Source: Camelus ferus (Eukaryota). From it: a stretch of DNA of 64,000 nucleotides. The translations under genes were made by a program, and so were the position numbers. Positions 1 through 12,832 of this stretch are shown here, one piece after another. Where the stretch lies: positions 85,500,001 through 85,564,000 of the forward strand of contig NC_045696.1 of NCBI RefSeq assembly GCF_009834535.1, read 5' to 3'. The notes beneath the pieces are model-generated. The model was given only the letters and a program-made list of their open reading frames with translations, had not been told where the DNA came from and did not search any database. Within the stretch, counting starts at the first letter, position 1, and each line of letters begins with the position of its first letter.

Positions 1-194
1 AAGAATTCCCAGTGGGCCTTTTCAACTTTCTTCCTTTCATATAATTTCGAGGTGAGTAAAGATCAAAAGCCAGCTGAAAGGTCAAACAAACCCTTAATAT
101 GTCCTTAATATGTCTAATATAGGTGAAATTGGCACCTTACTTTGGAATGAGTGGCCACTTACACCTATCATATTATTCTTGACCTTAGGGATCT
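1..194 (-). pseudogene. Pseudo-exon (C-linker-like), truncated by window edge
   Basis: ttttctgtttgggcag acceptor, phase 1. After removing an 11-bp duplication it is open: IPKVKNNMIGVSGHSFQSKVPISPILDILRVCLTFQLAFDLYSPRNYMKGRKLKRPTGNS. Confidence 0.6.
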
Positions 195-362
195 CTGCCC
201 AAACAGAAAAGTGACAGTTAACATCTTGTTACCCTGATACATATTAGAGTTTATCACAAACCAAGCACTATTCTGAACACTTATTATGTATAAACTCATT
301 TAATCCTTAAACTACTACTAAACTTCACTCATATTATCCCTGCTCTTACTAAAAGTTCATAC

Positions 363-764
363 AAATATCCCATTTAAATATAATCAAACTGTATTACTGA
401 GACATAAAGTCATATGTCTAAGTGGAAGGGTTGAATTAAAACATTTCCCTGTACTGACTCTAAGGACAAGAAGGTCATCACATAATGAAAAAAGAGTAAA
501 AATAAGATGTAACTATCATGATTTCCTGTGGCCTAACAGAATAATTTTAAATATATGAAATACTGAACAAAAGTAGAAGAAATTAAATTTATAGTCCAAA
601 ACCACATGTGTCTTAGAAACGGATTAATTAAATATATCAAAAAATTAGAAGGGATATAAAAAATTTGAACCACACTATTGACAAATTAGGTATTATAGTC
701 AATCTGAGGCCATACTTTCTTTTCATCTTCCTTAACAATGGTCCAGAAATATGTACTCTAATTA
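363..764 (-). pseudogene. Pseudo-exon (S4-S6-like)
   Basis: ttctttacag acceptor, GTATGA donor, 402 nt, phase 1>1: IRVHISGPLLRKMKRKYGLRLTIIPNLSIVWFKFFISLLIF*... (overlaps ORF 637..843). Confidence 0.5.
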
Positions 765-1256
765 CTGTAAAGAATATATGTGTGAAAAGAGATGGGGAAG
801 AATGGGATGGGGGAGGAGCAGGCTTTAGATATACTTGAAACATTTAAAAAATTTTTAAAAAGGAAAGCAATCAGACATAAATATGATAAATCTTAACATG
901 TTAAATGTAAATGATAGACACATTAGTGACTATAGCCTTAGGCCTTTTTTTTTTTTGCTTTGCTATATATTTAAAATATTCATAATTCAAAAAATAACAA
1001 AAAATCTCTTGGGGCAAACATATCATCTTCAGTGTTTCTGACAGCTAGAAGAAAGTTTTAGTTTTATAAAACATACAAAGTGCATCCCATTTGCCTGTTC
1101 AGAAAAGTTATTTGCATCAGTTGATTGCAGTTGTTACATATGCAGTGGCCTCCTGAAAGAAACTAAGGCTTTTACTTTTTCATTCCAAGCCATTCAGCTA
1201 GGAATAAATGCTTTGGGTCCTAAATTGGCTTCTCAGTTGGTTGTCCTTTTGCCAAA

Positions 1257-1258
<2 letters not shown>

Positions 1259-1300
<42 letters not shown>
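1259..1300. repeat. (TG)n microsatellite
   Basis: About 21 uninterrupted TG units. Confidence 0.95.
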
Positions 1301-1301
<1 letters not shown>

Positions 1302-1379
1302 TAGATGGGGAGGGAAGGTGTGCAGGGATGGAAAACAAAATTACTCATTTTTGTGTGATTCTAACATTATACATACAGG

Positions 1380-3100
1380 TGTATAATAACTAATTAAAAA
1401 TAGATTGTGGTAAGTTAAAGATGCATGTTTTTAATCCAAAGAAAAATATGAAAGATCGACATCAAGATCTCAAATGCCATTAGAGCTGATAGAATGGAAT
1501 ACTAAAAGATACTCACTTAGCTCAATTAAGTTCAAAAAAGTGACAAAAGAAATAAAATACAAGTGGGGCAAATGGAAAGCAACTGGGGATAAATCTGAAC
1601 TCATTCACATCAATAATTACATTAAATTTAAGTGGCCTAAGCCTCTGAAAGGCAGAGATTGACAGACCAAATAAAAAAGCAAGACCCAACTACAAATTGC
1701 TTAGAAGATACAAAAACTCACATAGGTACAGAATAAAAGGATACAGAAAAAGATATACTATGTAAGCACTAAGCATAAGAAACCTAATGTAGTTAAAATG
1801 GTATAAAACAAAGTAGATTTCAAAAAAAGAGGATTGTTAATGGAGAATAATTTTTATAATAGTAACACTTCAGTTCACCAAGAACAAATAACAATTCTGA
1901 ATGTTTAATGCCTAATTATTGAACTTTAAATCAATGTAGCTGAAATTGGACTAAAAGCAGAAATGAAGGCAAAAATAAACAAATTCATAATCTCAGATTT
2001 TTTTTAAAACATCACCCTATCAGTAAACCAATAGCCAAAAATCCATGAGTATTGAAAATGTGATTTAAACTATCAAAACACTAGACCTAAGTGTTAGAAT
2101 GATAGCAAATGTAGAATGTTTCACTCAATAGAAGAAGAATACATAATCAAGTGCAGACATGCACAAAGAGTGACCATATGGTGGACCATAAAATGAGTCT
2201 CAATAAATCGCACAGTGCTGAAGTATGTAGAATACATCCTCTGATCACAACAGAATTAGATTAGAAATCAAGAACAGTAAGATAGAAAGTCCTCAAAGGC
2301 GTAATTTCTACAATATACTTTTAAATAAAGAGAAATAAATACCAGAAGCAAATTAGAATTTATGCTGAACTGAATGATAATGAAAACAAATGACACAACA
2401 TATAAAGCTAAGAGTAAAGCAGAAATAAGTGTAATAGAAAAACAATAGAGAAAATTAACAAGTCAAAATACGGTCTGTAAAAAGATTACGAAAGTTGGTA
2501 AATTCCTAGAAAAAGTAAACAAGTAAAGAGAGAGAGTTAGAGGGGAGAGGGGGGAAAAAGAGATTTACCATTATCAGAAAGAAAAGAGAGAACACCCCTC
2601 ACAAACAGAAAACAAAAAAAGAATAATGAGATATTATTTAAAATTTTTCCAATAAATTCAAGAACTTAGATAAAACAGATAAATATAGTGGAAAATACAA
2701 CTGAAAATCAGCACAAGAAAAAAAACAAACTGACCTACCTATATATGGTAAAGTCATTAAGACTGTAATTAAAAACCTTTCTGAAAATAAACTTCAGACC
2801 CAGGTGGCCTGACTGGTGAATTTTATCAAATGTGTAAGGAGAAATTAATATCAATATTATACAAATTATTTTGGAGAATAGAGAAGGGACTATTTCCCAT
2901 CTCATTTTTTGAGGCCAGAATAACTTAGATTTAAATTTAACAAGGACATTTCCACGAAGGAACATGATGTATCAGTATCTCTCATTAAAAAAAAACAAAC
3001 AAAAAACAAAAAACAAAAAACTACAAAAATCTTCAACTAAATGTTAGTAAATCAAATCCAGCAATACATAAAATAGATAATACACCATTTACATGATAAA
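1380..3100 (+). mobile_element. Old, degenerate LINE-1 (ORF2 endonuclease region onward)
   Basis: A-rich; L1 motifs aaaggcagagattg, caagacccaacta, ctctgatcacaacagaatt, gactggtgaattttatcaaa. Confidence 0.8.
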
Positions 3101-3222
3101 TAAATAAATAAACTCTCTAAATAGTCAAAAAACAAATGATAGAACTTTTGGGTTTACCTCCAACATGTCTTGGAAGGTATCACTCCTATCTTCATAAAAA
3201 ACAAAAACAAAAAAACCCACGG

Positions 3223-4960
3223 CTATTCACCATTGAGTATTATGTTGGCTGTGGGTTTATCACAAATAGCTTTTATTATATTGAGATATGTTCCCTCCAA
3301 ACTCACTTTGATAAGAGTTTTTATCATAAAAGGATGTTGAATTTTATCAAATGCTTTTTCTGCATCTACTGAGATGATCATGTGACTTTTGTCCTTTCTT
3401 TTGTTGATGTGACATATCACATTGATTGATTTGTGAATATTGATCAAAGCTGGAGAAATAACCCTCCTAAACTTTAGACAATACTACAAAGCTACAATAA
3501 TCAAAACAGTGTGGTATTGGCACAAAAACAGACATATGGATCAATGGAATAGAAAAGAGAGCAATTAATTAACTTATCCAAGGTCACAGAGCTAATGGAT
3601 AGTAAACCTGAAATTTGAATCCAACCCTCCTTTCAATAAGTTTTCTTCTACAGAAGAAAATGGTTACTATATATGCTTATGTTTCTTGAACCCATTAAAT
3701 TGTGTGTGGATGTGCATACACACCACACACACAACTCAACTGAACAGTGAGAGCATATTAACATAAGTAAATTAAAAAGTTTGTAAATAAATTTATATAA
3801 GTTGTCATCCTACCATTAAACCTTCCTGAGACTTAGAAATGTTAATTAGCTTTCCCAATGTCACTAAATTTTGAAACTATAAACAAAATGAAAAGACAAC
3901 CTATGGAATGGGAGAAAATATTTGCAAATTATGTGACTGACAAGGGATTAACTTCCAGAATATACAAATAGCTCATACAACTCAGTAAAAAAACCCCAAA
4001 AAACCCAAACAAAAAATAGGCAGAAAACCTAATTAAACATTTTTCCAGTGAAGACATAACAAAATGCCAATAGGCACATGAAAAAATACTCAGTGTCACT
4101 AATTGTCAGAGAAATGCAAATCAAAATACAATGAGTTATCACCTCACACTGGTCAGAATGGTCATCATTAAAAAGTCCAAAAATGATAAATGCTAGAAGG
4201 GGTGTGGAGAAAAGGGAACCCTCCTACACTGTTGGTGGGAATACAATTTGGTGTAGCCATTATGGAAAACAGTATGGAGATTTATTAAAAAACTGAACAT
4301 AGACTTACCCTATGATCCAGTGATCCCACTCCTGGGCATATATCTGGAGGAAATGCTAATTCAAAAAGATACACACTCCAATGTTCACTGCAGCACTATT
4401 TACAATAGCCAAGACATGTAAACAACCTAAATGTCCACTGACAGATGACTGGATAAAGAAGCTGTGGTATATTTATACAATGGAATTCTACTCAGTGATA
4501 AAGAGAATAAAATAATGCCATTTGCAACAATATGGATAGAGCTGAGATCGTCACACTAAGTGAAGTAAGCCAGAAAGGGACAGAAAAATTTCATATGATA
4601 TCACTTATATGTGAATATAAAAAGGACACAAATGAACTTATTTATAAAACAGAGACAAACTCACAGACATAGAAAACAAACTTATGGTTACTTGGGGGGA
4701 AAGGGGTTAGGGAAGGATAAACTGGGAGTATGGGATTTGCAGACACTAACTACGATAAATAAAATAGATAAAGAGCAAAGTCCTATTATTGACTATATTC
4801 AATACCTTGTAATGGCCTATAATGAAAAAGAATATGAAAAGGAATATCTATCTATCTCTCTATCTCTCTATCTATCTGTGAATCAGTATGCTGTACATCA
4901 GAAATTAACACAACATTGCAAATTGACTATATTTCAAAAAAAAAAAAAAGAAAAAAAAAC
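3223..4960 (+). mobile_element. Young 5'-truncated LINE-1 with 5' inversion (3223-3447 minus) and poly(A)
   Basis: Minus ORF2 peptide ...[23 protein letters not shown]; plus-strand ORF2 3' end; artiodactyl-type 3' UTR; A-tail ~4936-4959. Confidence 0.9.
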
Positions 4961-7720
4961 TAAATAATACTAATGACTATTCTTAGACCCAACAGGAAAT
5001 GAGGTTGATGGGTAAGCACCACTCAGAAATCTGGTGAGAGAGATAAATATACAGAATCCCAGCCAAGGTAATTTTATATGAAGCATAAGTGGCTAGAGCC
5101 ATAAACTGGTAGAAAACAAATAATAAGTTTGACAAATTGTTGGGGCTAAGTGTGCACAAGCATGAGTTTGAGAAATTTCTGGGGTTCACTCTCTCAGGAA
5201 TACCCCCATGCTTTTTGTGTTTTACTTCTAGAACTTCACTGGATTACCACAGAAAAGCCAGGAAATATTCCATCAGGTCTCTGGCAAAGATAGAGGGAAA
5301 AAATCATTTTGAAATATACCCAGAGCATTCTCCATACCAAAATCCCTCTTCTAAGGGAAAAAGACTACCAGGGTCTTCTCTCTTCTAAGGGGAAGGGCAT
5401 TTACCCAACTTTAGCCCCTCTAGTCCTCCTGTCTCACCTAATGGGGGCTCGGGTAGTGTTTGGCGGGGGCCAAGAAATACTTGTGAAGGTCACAGCCCAG
5501 TGATATAAGCCCAGTAAAAGACTGAGGTTAAATGATAAGATTATAGAATGTCTCCCTTCTCATATACTTTATGCCATATAGACAGTGGAATACAATGGAA
5601 AGGCCCAGGTTCCATAGAAGGAGGAGTTCTTTGGAAATTCCCAAGACAGCAAGAGAGACAAAAGCAGGGATGCTAGAGGAACATGAAGCTTCTTGGCAAT
5701 TACAGCCACAGCAAACATTAAGCACAGCCTAACTCCTAGCTAGGTTAAAATAATACCTTAACACTAAAGGCCTTTAGCTTAGTTCCTGTTACCCAGTATA
5801 TCATGTTTGGTTTCAACAATATTATTAAGCTTGTCAAAAGACAAGAAAAAGTATAGCCTGAAGAGAAATAATAAGCATCAGATATGACACAGATTAGAAC
5901 AAATGCTTAAAGGAAGGGCAATAAATGCATCTTCCTTGTGTAACAATTCCATGTAATGTCAGTGGAAACTACCTCCTTGAGAAGAGGAAGTATAACTCCC
6001 CATGCTGAAATTGGCTGAGCATAGCAGCTTTTTTCCAAAGACAACAGTAGGGAAAAGGGGTGGAACTGGAGAGTAATTTTACAGTAGAGAAACCTACAAA
6101 CAAAACCTTGGCCTGGTGATCAATGTCCACATCAACAGAGATAAATCATGTGACAGCACGTGCTGTTGACATGATGTGATGAAAATGGTACATTACCTTC
6201 CTAATCTTCCTCCAAAAACCCATATTTCAGTCAAATCATTAAAAACTTTATCAAATTCCAACAGAAGTGCATCTTGCAAAATATGTGAATAGTAATCCTC
6301 AAAACTGTCAAGGTCAAAAAAACAAGGAAAATCTGACAAACTTTCATAGTCAAGAAGAACCTGCTATGGAACGATAATGTTCCCCAAAATTCCTCACATG
6401 TTGAATCCCTAATCCCCAATATAATGATATTTGGAAGCGGGATCTTTGGGACTTAATTCGTTTAAGAGGAACTCATGAGAGCAGAGTCCCCAAGACAGGA
6501 AAAATAACGCCCTTTAAAAAAATAGGAAGAGACAGGAGCTCTCTCTCTAAGTGATATAATCAGGAAGAGGGCTCTCACCAAAAATCCACTGGGCTTGCAC
6601 CCATATCTAAGACTTCTAGTCTCCGGAACTGCGAGAAATAAATGTATGTTGGTTACGCCACCCAGCCTATGGTATTTCATATAGCAGACTGAATCTGAGT
6701 CTGAGATCTGATGACAGAGTGTAATGGGGTAGCTTGGATGGGATCCTGAAACAGAAAAACAAAAACAAAACAAACTAAAAAGCCCATTAGGTAAAAACTA
6801 AAGTGATCTGAAAAAAATATGGCCTTTAGTTAATAATACATAAATGTCAGTTCATTAACTATAATAAATATGCCATACTAATGTGAGATATTAAAATGGG
6901 ATACTAGGGTACAAGATATCTGAGATCTCACTGTATTATCTTTTCAATTTTTCTGTAAATCTAAAACTGTTCCAAAAAATAAAATCTATTTCTAAAAATG
7001 AAAACCTGAAAAAATATTTCAGATGACGCTGCATTCAAAGAGTCAATCTCCTGAATACATAAAAAGAATTCCTGGATGTTTATACTTAAAAAAAGATCAA
7101 CAGTCTACTTCCTAAAAATATGCAAAGGTTATGCACAGAAAAGGAAATACAAATTGGTCTTGAATAAATGAAAAGATTCTCAACCTAATTCCTAGTATGA
7201 AAAATGAACATTAACAATACAATGAGATAGCATTTTTTTGTCCTACTTGGGTATAAAATCTAGAAGTTTGGCAACATAATCTGCTAGCAGGGCTATGGGG
7301 AAAGTAGGACTCTCAGACATTGCTAGTGAAGCTACACATTAAAAACTCCTAAAGAGGGTAATTTTGCAACATCTATCAAAATTACAAAAGCATTTATATT
7401 TTCACCCAGTAATCTGACTTCTAGGAATTTTTCCTATAGATATACTTATGTATATTTTTCTGTACAAGGTTATTTCCTGCAGCACTCATTGCAATAAAAA
7501 GAAAAGTTTGGAAGTGACATGATTTTGCATTAAGTACTGGATAAATATTATGGTTCATCTATAAAATGGGATATAATGAGACAGTTATCTATCAGTAAGG
7601 GGAAGAAGACTTGTAGGGGCAAGGTGGGAGAATTTTTACTATATGTTTTTTCATACTGCTTTGATTTTTCAAAAATTATTTGAACGCGTTACCTACTGAA
7701 AATCATATTAAATTCAAAAT
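4961..7720 (+). mobile_element. Old L1M/L1MC/L1ME fragments (5' end and 3' UTR pieces)
   Basis: L1MC-type 3' UTR motifs (gatgggatcctgaaacagaaaa; ttttctgtaaatctaaaactgttcc) and degenerate ORF2 end at 7030-7580. Confidence 0.65.
6362..6700 (+). mobile_element. MaLR solo LTR (MLT1A-like) nested in L1MC
   Basis: tgctatgga...ccccaaaattc..atgttgaatccctaatcccc; ctccggaactgcgagaaataaatgtatgtt..gccacccagcctatggtattt. Confidence 0.8.
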
Positions 7721-8893
7721 ATAAACACATCTGAATATATATAAGGCAGATAGCAATAAGGGGTCAGACACCCAAAATTCTGTATCTCATTTACTATTTG
7801 TATCTATCCAATGAGGAAAGTTCTGTTCTTCCCATATGTTGAAAAACTGAGATACAGGAAATTAAGACATTTTTCTAATGTTACAAAAGTAGATCAGTTA
7901 GTGTTCCAAGTCCAGATCTCTCTGACTTCAAAATACATGCTCTTAACCGCCATCCTCTACCGCCATTTTGAAAGGCACATGTGTAACAAGTCAGAATGAC
8001 ATGTAGTGTAACAAAAAATGCCCTGAGGAGCCAAGTGCTAGTCCTGGCTCTGCTACATCCCTGGGTTTCTCTTTTCTCATCATGGTAGTGGGGGCTGTTT
8101 CCTAGCAGATTCCCAAGTCTGCTTCTACCCATAATATCTTATAAACTCCGCTGTCTTTTTTAAAATAAATTCCTTGGCACAAATCTTATGTAGAGAACAT
8201 TAAACATTAAACGTTTTTGGAATATATAATGTCATTGTAATTTAAGTATTATTAAATATTAAAATTTAATGTCACATATTATATATGTCTTTATTTTTAA
8301 CTAACTAGATTCTCAATTACTATTAAATAATTAAAATTTTAATGCATATTTCTAAATTGATAAGAAAATATTTTGTTACTGTTCTTAAAATAGTGATATA
8401 TTTCAAATTGGATTAAATATATAATTTAAATTCTACTTAAAATTTAATTAATTGTAAATTATCTGGTATTAATTAATTGTAACATTCTTGGTAGTTAATT
8501 CTAGTTAGAACATTAAAGATTTCTGTGCACTGTGAATTTATTCTGAAACATAGGCCAGTATTTCTCATTCAAAATGTGCTTTTTAAAAATGTAGGTTCTA
8601 AATTGTGACTCCTGAAGATTCTTTGTCAGTAGGACTAGGAATGGGAATGAGGAATTTTTTTTTTAACAAGTGACTAATGCCAGTAGTCCTGAGAACAGGC
8701 ATTGAGAAACACTGTTGTAGAATGCTTCAAGGGAGGAAGCAAAATTCTCCCCTCCAGCCCAACACACAATTGATGTAGTTTAACTTTAACATACAGGTTT
8801 ATGATTGTGTCACATGACATTTTTGCTAATATTAAGGTGTCACAACTAAAAGCAAAATATTAATACTGGAATAGACATTAATATTTATCAAAC

Positions 8894-9319
8894 CAGTACT
8901 GAGAAGCATGATTCTCCCTGGCCAGCTAATATTTGCATAAAGAAAAGGATCCATTTTTTTCCTTATATGAGAAGGAGGGCTACATCTGACTCATTTTTCT
9001 TTTAAATAGTCATTGATTTTTGTTTTGGTAGTTATTTTTAAATTGAAAGACAGATGAGGAATCATACTGGATTGAGTATAGTTTCTGAATTCAATACTGT
9101 AATAAATCAGATAAAACAGACAAAATAAAGATTTCCATTTATCAGCAGAGATACATAAAACTGAGTATTCAAAACACTGTAGTGTATCATGTCAAACACA
9201 ATCCACAAGGAATAGTGATCTCCATTCATACTCTGTCTTGTCTACTATTTGATGGAGCTAGGAGGTATTAGAAGATGTCTAACAATGCCATCAACTACTA
9301 AGACATTAAAAAGAAAACT
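8894..9319 (-). pseudogene. Pseudo-exon (S1-S3-like)
   Basis: ctttacag acceptor, GTTTGA donor: SFLFNVLVVDGIVRHLLIPPSSIK**TRQSMNGDHYSLWIVFDMIHYSVLNTQFYVSLLINGNLYFVCFI* ... / KINDYLKEK*VRCSPPSHIRKKMDPFLYANISWPGRIMLLST. Confidence 0.55.
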
Positions 9320-10019
9320 CTGTAAAGTTGAAATATATCTAAACTGTCATGGCTATCTGTTTGGTTGCTTTAAGATTTGAGCCTTAATCTTTACAAAGGT
9401 TGTTAAGTGCCACTGTGTACTGCCTTTAAAACTTTGAACTTGTATTCTTAGTAAGAGAAAAATGAAATGACTCATAATTTAAAATGTATTTTCAATAAGT
9501 GAATTTAGCTTCCTTGCATTTATACCTATGCTGTACTTACGTTTACTAATATTCTAAATCCCTCCCTTTGCCAGTAACTTCAAAATGTGAGTTGAGATCC
9601 AGAGGTGGATTAAAGAATAATCCTTGGTATTACACTAATGTTAGAAGAATTAACTATAAGAGATTTTAACACTTTTAATTTTCAGCTTTTATTTAACTTA
9701 TATCAGTTTGTAGCTAGCTCCCAGCATATAGTATTCTACAAATATACAATAATAATTTAGTATTCTTTTAATATTATTTATAATAATACTACTATTGTTA
9801 TTACTACATCAAAAATAATATAATAACACAAGAATTTCAACCAAAAAATGACTGAAAGCAATTTAAATCTTTAATGCAATTGCTGAAGAAAACACTAATG
9901 GAATTATTTTTTAAAACATAGGGCAACATGTCATAAAATTCCTTTGTCTTTTTTTCTTACCCTCATAATAGGATAGAGGCTTCTCTAAATTCTCTCTTCC
10001 TCTCAAAACCTCAGAAGAT

Positions 10020-10716
10020 CATTCCCCAATGCACCTTGTACAGATTCTTGTCTCTCTAGCCCTTTTCCCCTTTCTCTATCTATGATGATGATGGTTATGA
10101 TTTTCTCCCACTGCTACCTCCAGTACAAGTCCAGCTATTACTCAGATGTAGACATGCTCTGGAGCTAATCAAGTAAAGATGCAGCTCTCCAGCTCCTTCC
10201 AGTATAGTCCTTTGCGTGGTGGGGCAAAATAATAGGAGTTCCTGGTGGCAGAAAAAAGAAATCAAAGATAGAAAAGCCTGAGTAGACAAAGGCAAAATTT
10301 TCTTTTGTGGCCATAGGAAGGAATAAAGCATTGAGTACATGTGTACAAACTCTTTTCACCAAATCAAATCATTGCAGTATTCCACAAAGAGGGATAAAAT
10401 GTCATTCAGTGCTAGCCAGTGATCATTCACATCCTTAGCCCAACATCAACTCTTTTCATTTTCTTTTTCTATGTGTAGGGTAAGATTCCTTTCTAATAAC
10501 CCAGGGGATGATGTGTAACTTTCCTTGGCTGCATGTAACCATCAGGAACTCTTCTGGCTAACCTAATCAATTCCCAGGCAGCATGCACTTAGAAGTCAGT
10601 ATTCAATAACTGTCAGTCATTAGTGCTATGATTCTGGCCAGAGGAGCAGAAGATAGAATATTTGCCAAGTCCAGTTCTTCATGTGTGAGTTCAACCACAA
10701 GATGTCCTTTAGAGTC
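10020..10716 (-). pseudogene. Large pseudo-exon (S6, C-linker, CNBD-like; several frameshifts)
   Basis: KGHLVVELTHEELDLANILSSAPLARIIALMTDSY / HAAWELIRLARRVPDGYMQPRKVTHH / VKRVCTHVLNALFLPMATKENFAFVYSGFSIFDFFFLPPGTPIIL / TILEGAGELHLYLISSRACL (cf. CNBD F.PG..II..GD.G.EMYFI). Includes ORFs 10095..10340 and 10165..10362. Confidence 0.6.
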
Positions 10717-10724
10717 TCAGATTA

Positions 10725-11115
10725 AGTCAACCCCTAAATATCCAAGCAGACAGAAGATTTTCAATTAGTTTTGTCTGTTCATTTTGGGATCTGCAAAATA
10801 CCAAAGAACAGCAATCATTTGTGTGACTGACCCTAACACAATCTTTGATCTGAACACCAGACTGGCTTCCAGGCGACGTTTCATAAACCGGAATGGAGTT
10901 ACAAAAAAAGAAGTCAGTTAACTGAATCTTGTCCAGCATGTTTTTAAATAACGTTGAATAAAAGAAAGCATCAGAATACATTGCATGTAGTAAGTATAGA
11001 ATTGTTTAGTGAATGTTTTCTTTCAAATGTTTGTGCATATGTATGATGTCTGTTTGATGAATCGCAAAGTAAAATGTAATTCTTATGTGGGTCATAATCT
11101 AAATAGTCTGAAAGG
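10725..11115. mobile_element. hAT-type MITE (MER family)
   Basis: Terminal-like ttcttatgtgggtcataatctaaatagtctgaaa; subfamily not determined. Confidence 0.45.
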
Positions 11116-11364
11116 GTGTAAAGATCTCATGATTAGGGTTGAATAATTCATATTTCCTAGTCCAATAGGACTGTGTCTACATCCAACCTGACTTAAAAAA
11201 AAAGCTGTAGGAAATTTTTGATCATTTCTGGCTCTCTTGGTCTATTTTCATGTTTTTTTTTCTTCTGAGCTTCATTGGTTGGCTTTATTCTCCAAAGTTG
11301 CTCTCTCTGTCTCTCCTCCACTATTCCTCTCTTCCTCTCCCTCTCTCTTTTTCTATACACTTAT

Positions 11365-12445
11365 TTTGAGAATAGTTTTAGGTTTACAGCAAAATTGAGT
11401 ACACAGTACAGAGAGTTCTTGTATATCTTTCTTCCACACATACACAACCTCGCTATCAACATCCCTCATCAGAGTGATGTATTTGTTTCAATCAATGAAC
11501 CTATATTGACACATTATTATCACCCCAAATCCATAGTTTACATTAGAGTATACTCATGGAGTTGCACATTTTTAGGGTTTTGACAAATGCATAATGACTT
11601 ATATCCACCACTTTATCATATAGCTTAGTTTCATTGACTTCAAAATCCTCTGTGCTCTGCTTCTTTATCCTTTCCTCCCCTCAACCTCTGTAAATCACTA
11701 ATCTTTTTACCATATCCATAGTTTTGCCTTTTCCAGAATGTCCTATAGTTGGAATCATATAGTGTGTACCTGTTCAGATTTACTTCTTTCACTTAGTAAT
11801 ATGCATTTAAGAGTTCTCAATGTTTTTTCATGGCTTGATAGCACTGTGGTTCAAGTAGATAATGAAATATTTTGTCCATTCAACTACTGAGTGACATCTT
11901 GGTTGCTTTTAAGTTTTGGCAATTATGAATAATGCTGCTATAAACATCTGTGCACAGGTTTTTGGGTGAGCATAAGTTTTCAACTCATTCAACTCCTTGG
12001 TAAACACCAAGAAGCATGATTGCTAAATTGCTTGGAAGGTGTATTTTCATTCTGTGAGAAACTGCCAAACTCTCTTCCAAAGTGGCTGTACTATCTTTCA
12101 TTCTCACAGCAGAATGAGAGCTCCACACCATCACCAGCACTCGGTTTTGTCAGCGTTTCAGGTTTGAGGAATTCTAATAGGCGTATAGTGCTATCTCATT
12201 TTAATTTTCCCTGATGGCATACAATGTGGACCATCTTTTCAAATGTTTATTTGCCGTATGTTTATCTTCTTTAGTGATGTGTCTGTTTAGATCTTTTGCC
12301 CAGTTAAAAAATTGGGTTGTTCATTTTCTTACTGTTGAATTTTAAGCCTCCTTTGTATATTCTGGGTAACAGTCCATCATCAGATGTGTGTTTTGCAAAT
12401 ATTTTCTCCCAGTCTGTGGGTTGCCTTCTCATCCTCTTGATAGAT
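11365..12445 (-). mobile_element. LINE-1 3' fragment (L1MA/MB-like)
   Basis: agttttaggtttacagcaaaattgag, ttttccagaatgtcctatagttggaatcat, ttttgcaaatattttctcccagtctgtgg. Confidence 0.85.
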
Positions 12446-12544
12446 GTTTCTTTCTGAGCCCAATGAAAATCAGTTTCTCCAAAGGCAAGGATTCCAGAAA
12501 CTGCTTAGGTTGCTGAAATAGCCTAACAGATTTTTTTTTCTTTT

Positions 12545-12832
12545 CCTTTTCCTTCCTTCTTTTAAATTTGTGACTATAAGTTGTTCAGCACTGATGTGAT
12601 TGATTTCCAACTGTATGTAATTCTTCTAGCTCTGCTCTATCAATGCCCCACTCTTGTCAGGCCACTGTAGAAGGCAGTCCTTTCATGCTGAATGCACATA
12701 TGAGTGTTTTCCCTCTATTGATGCATGATTATGAATTCAACATATATACCTCAGGTACTCATCACTCTGTTGAGTGATCTTTTTAAGTATAGTCTGTAAG
12801 TCTGTTCAGTCCTGTTCTATTGATCATTAAAC
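12545..12832 (-). pseudogene. Candidate pseudo-exon
   Basis: Long frame with few stops: SIEQD*TDLQTILKKITQQSDEYLRYIC*IHNHASIEGKHSYVHSA*KDCLLQWPDKSGALIEQS*KNYIQLEINHISAEQLIVTNLKE. Boundaries uncertain. Confidence 0.4.
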
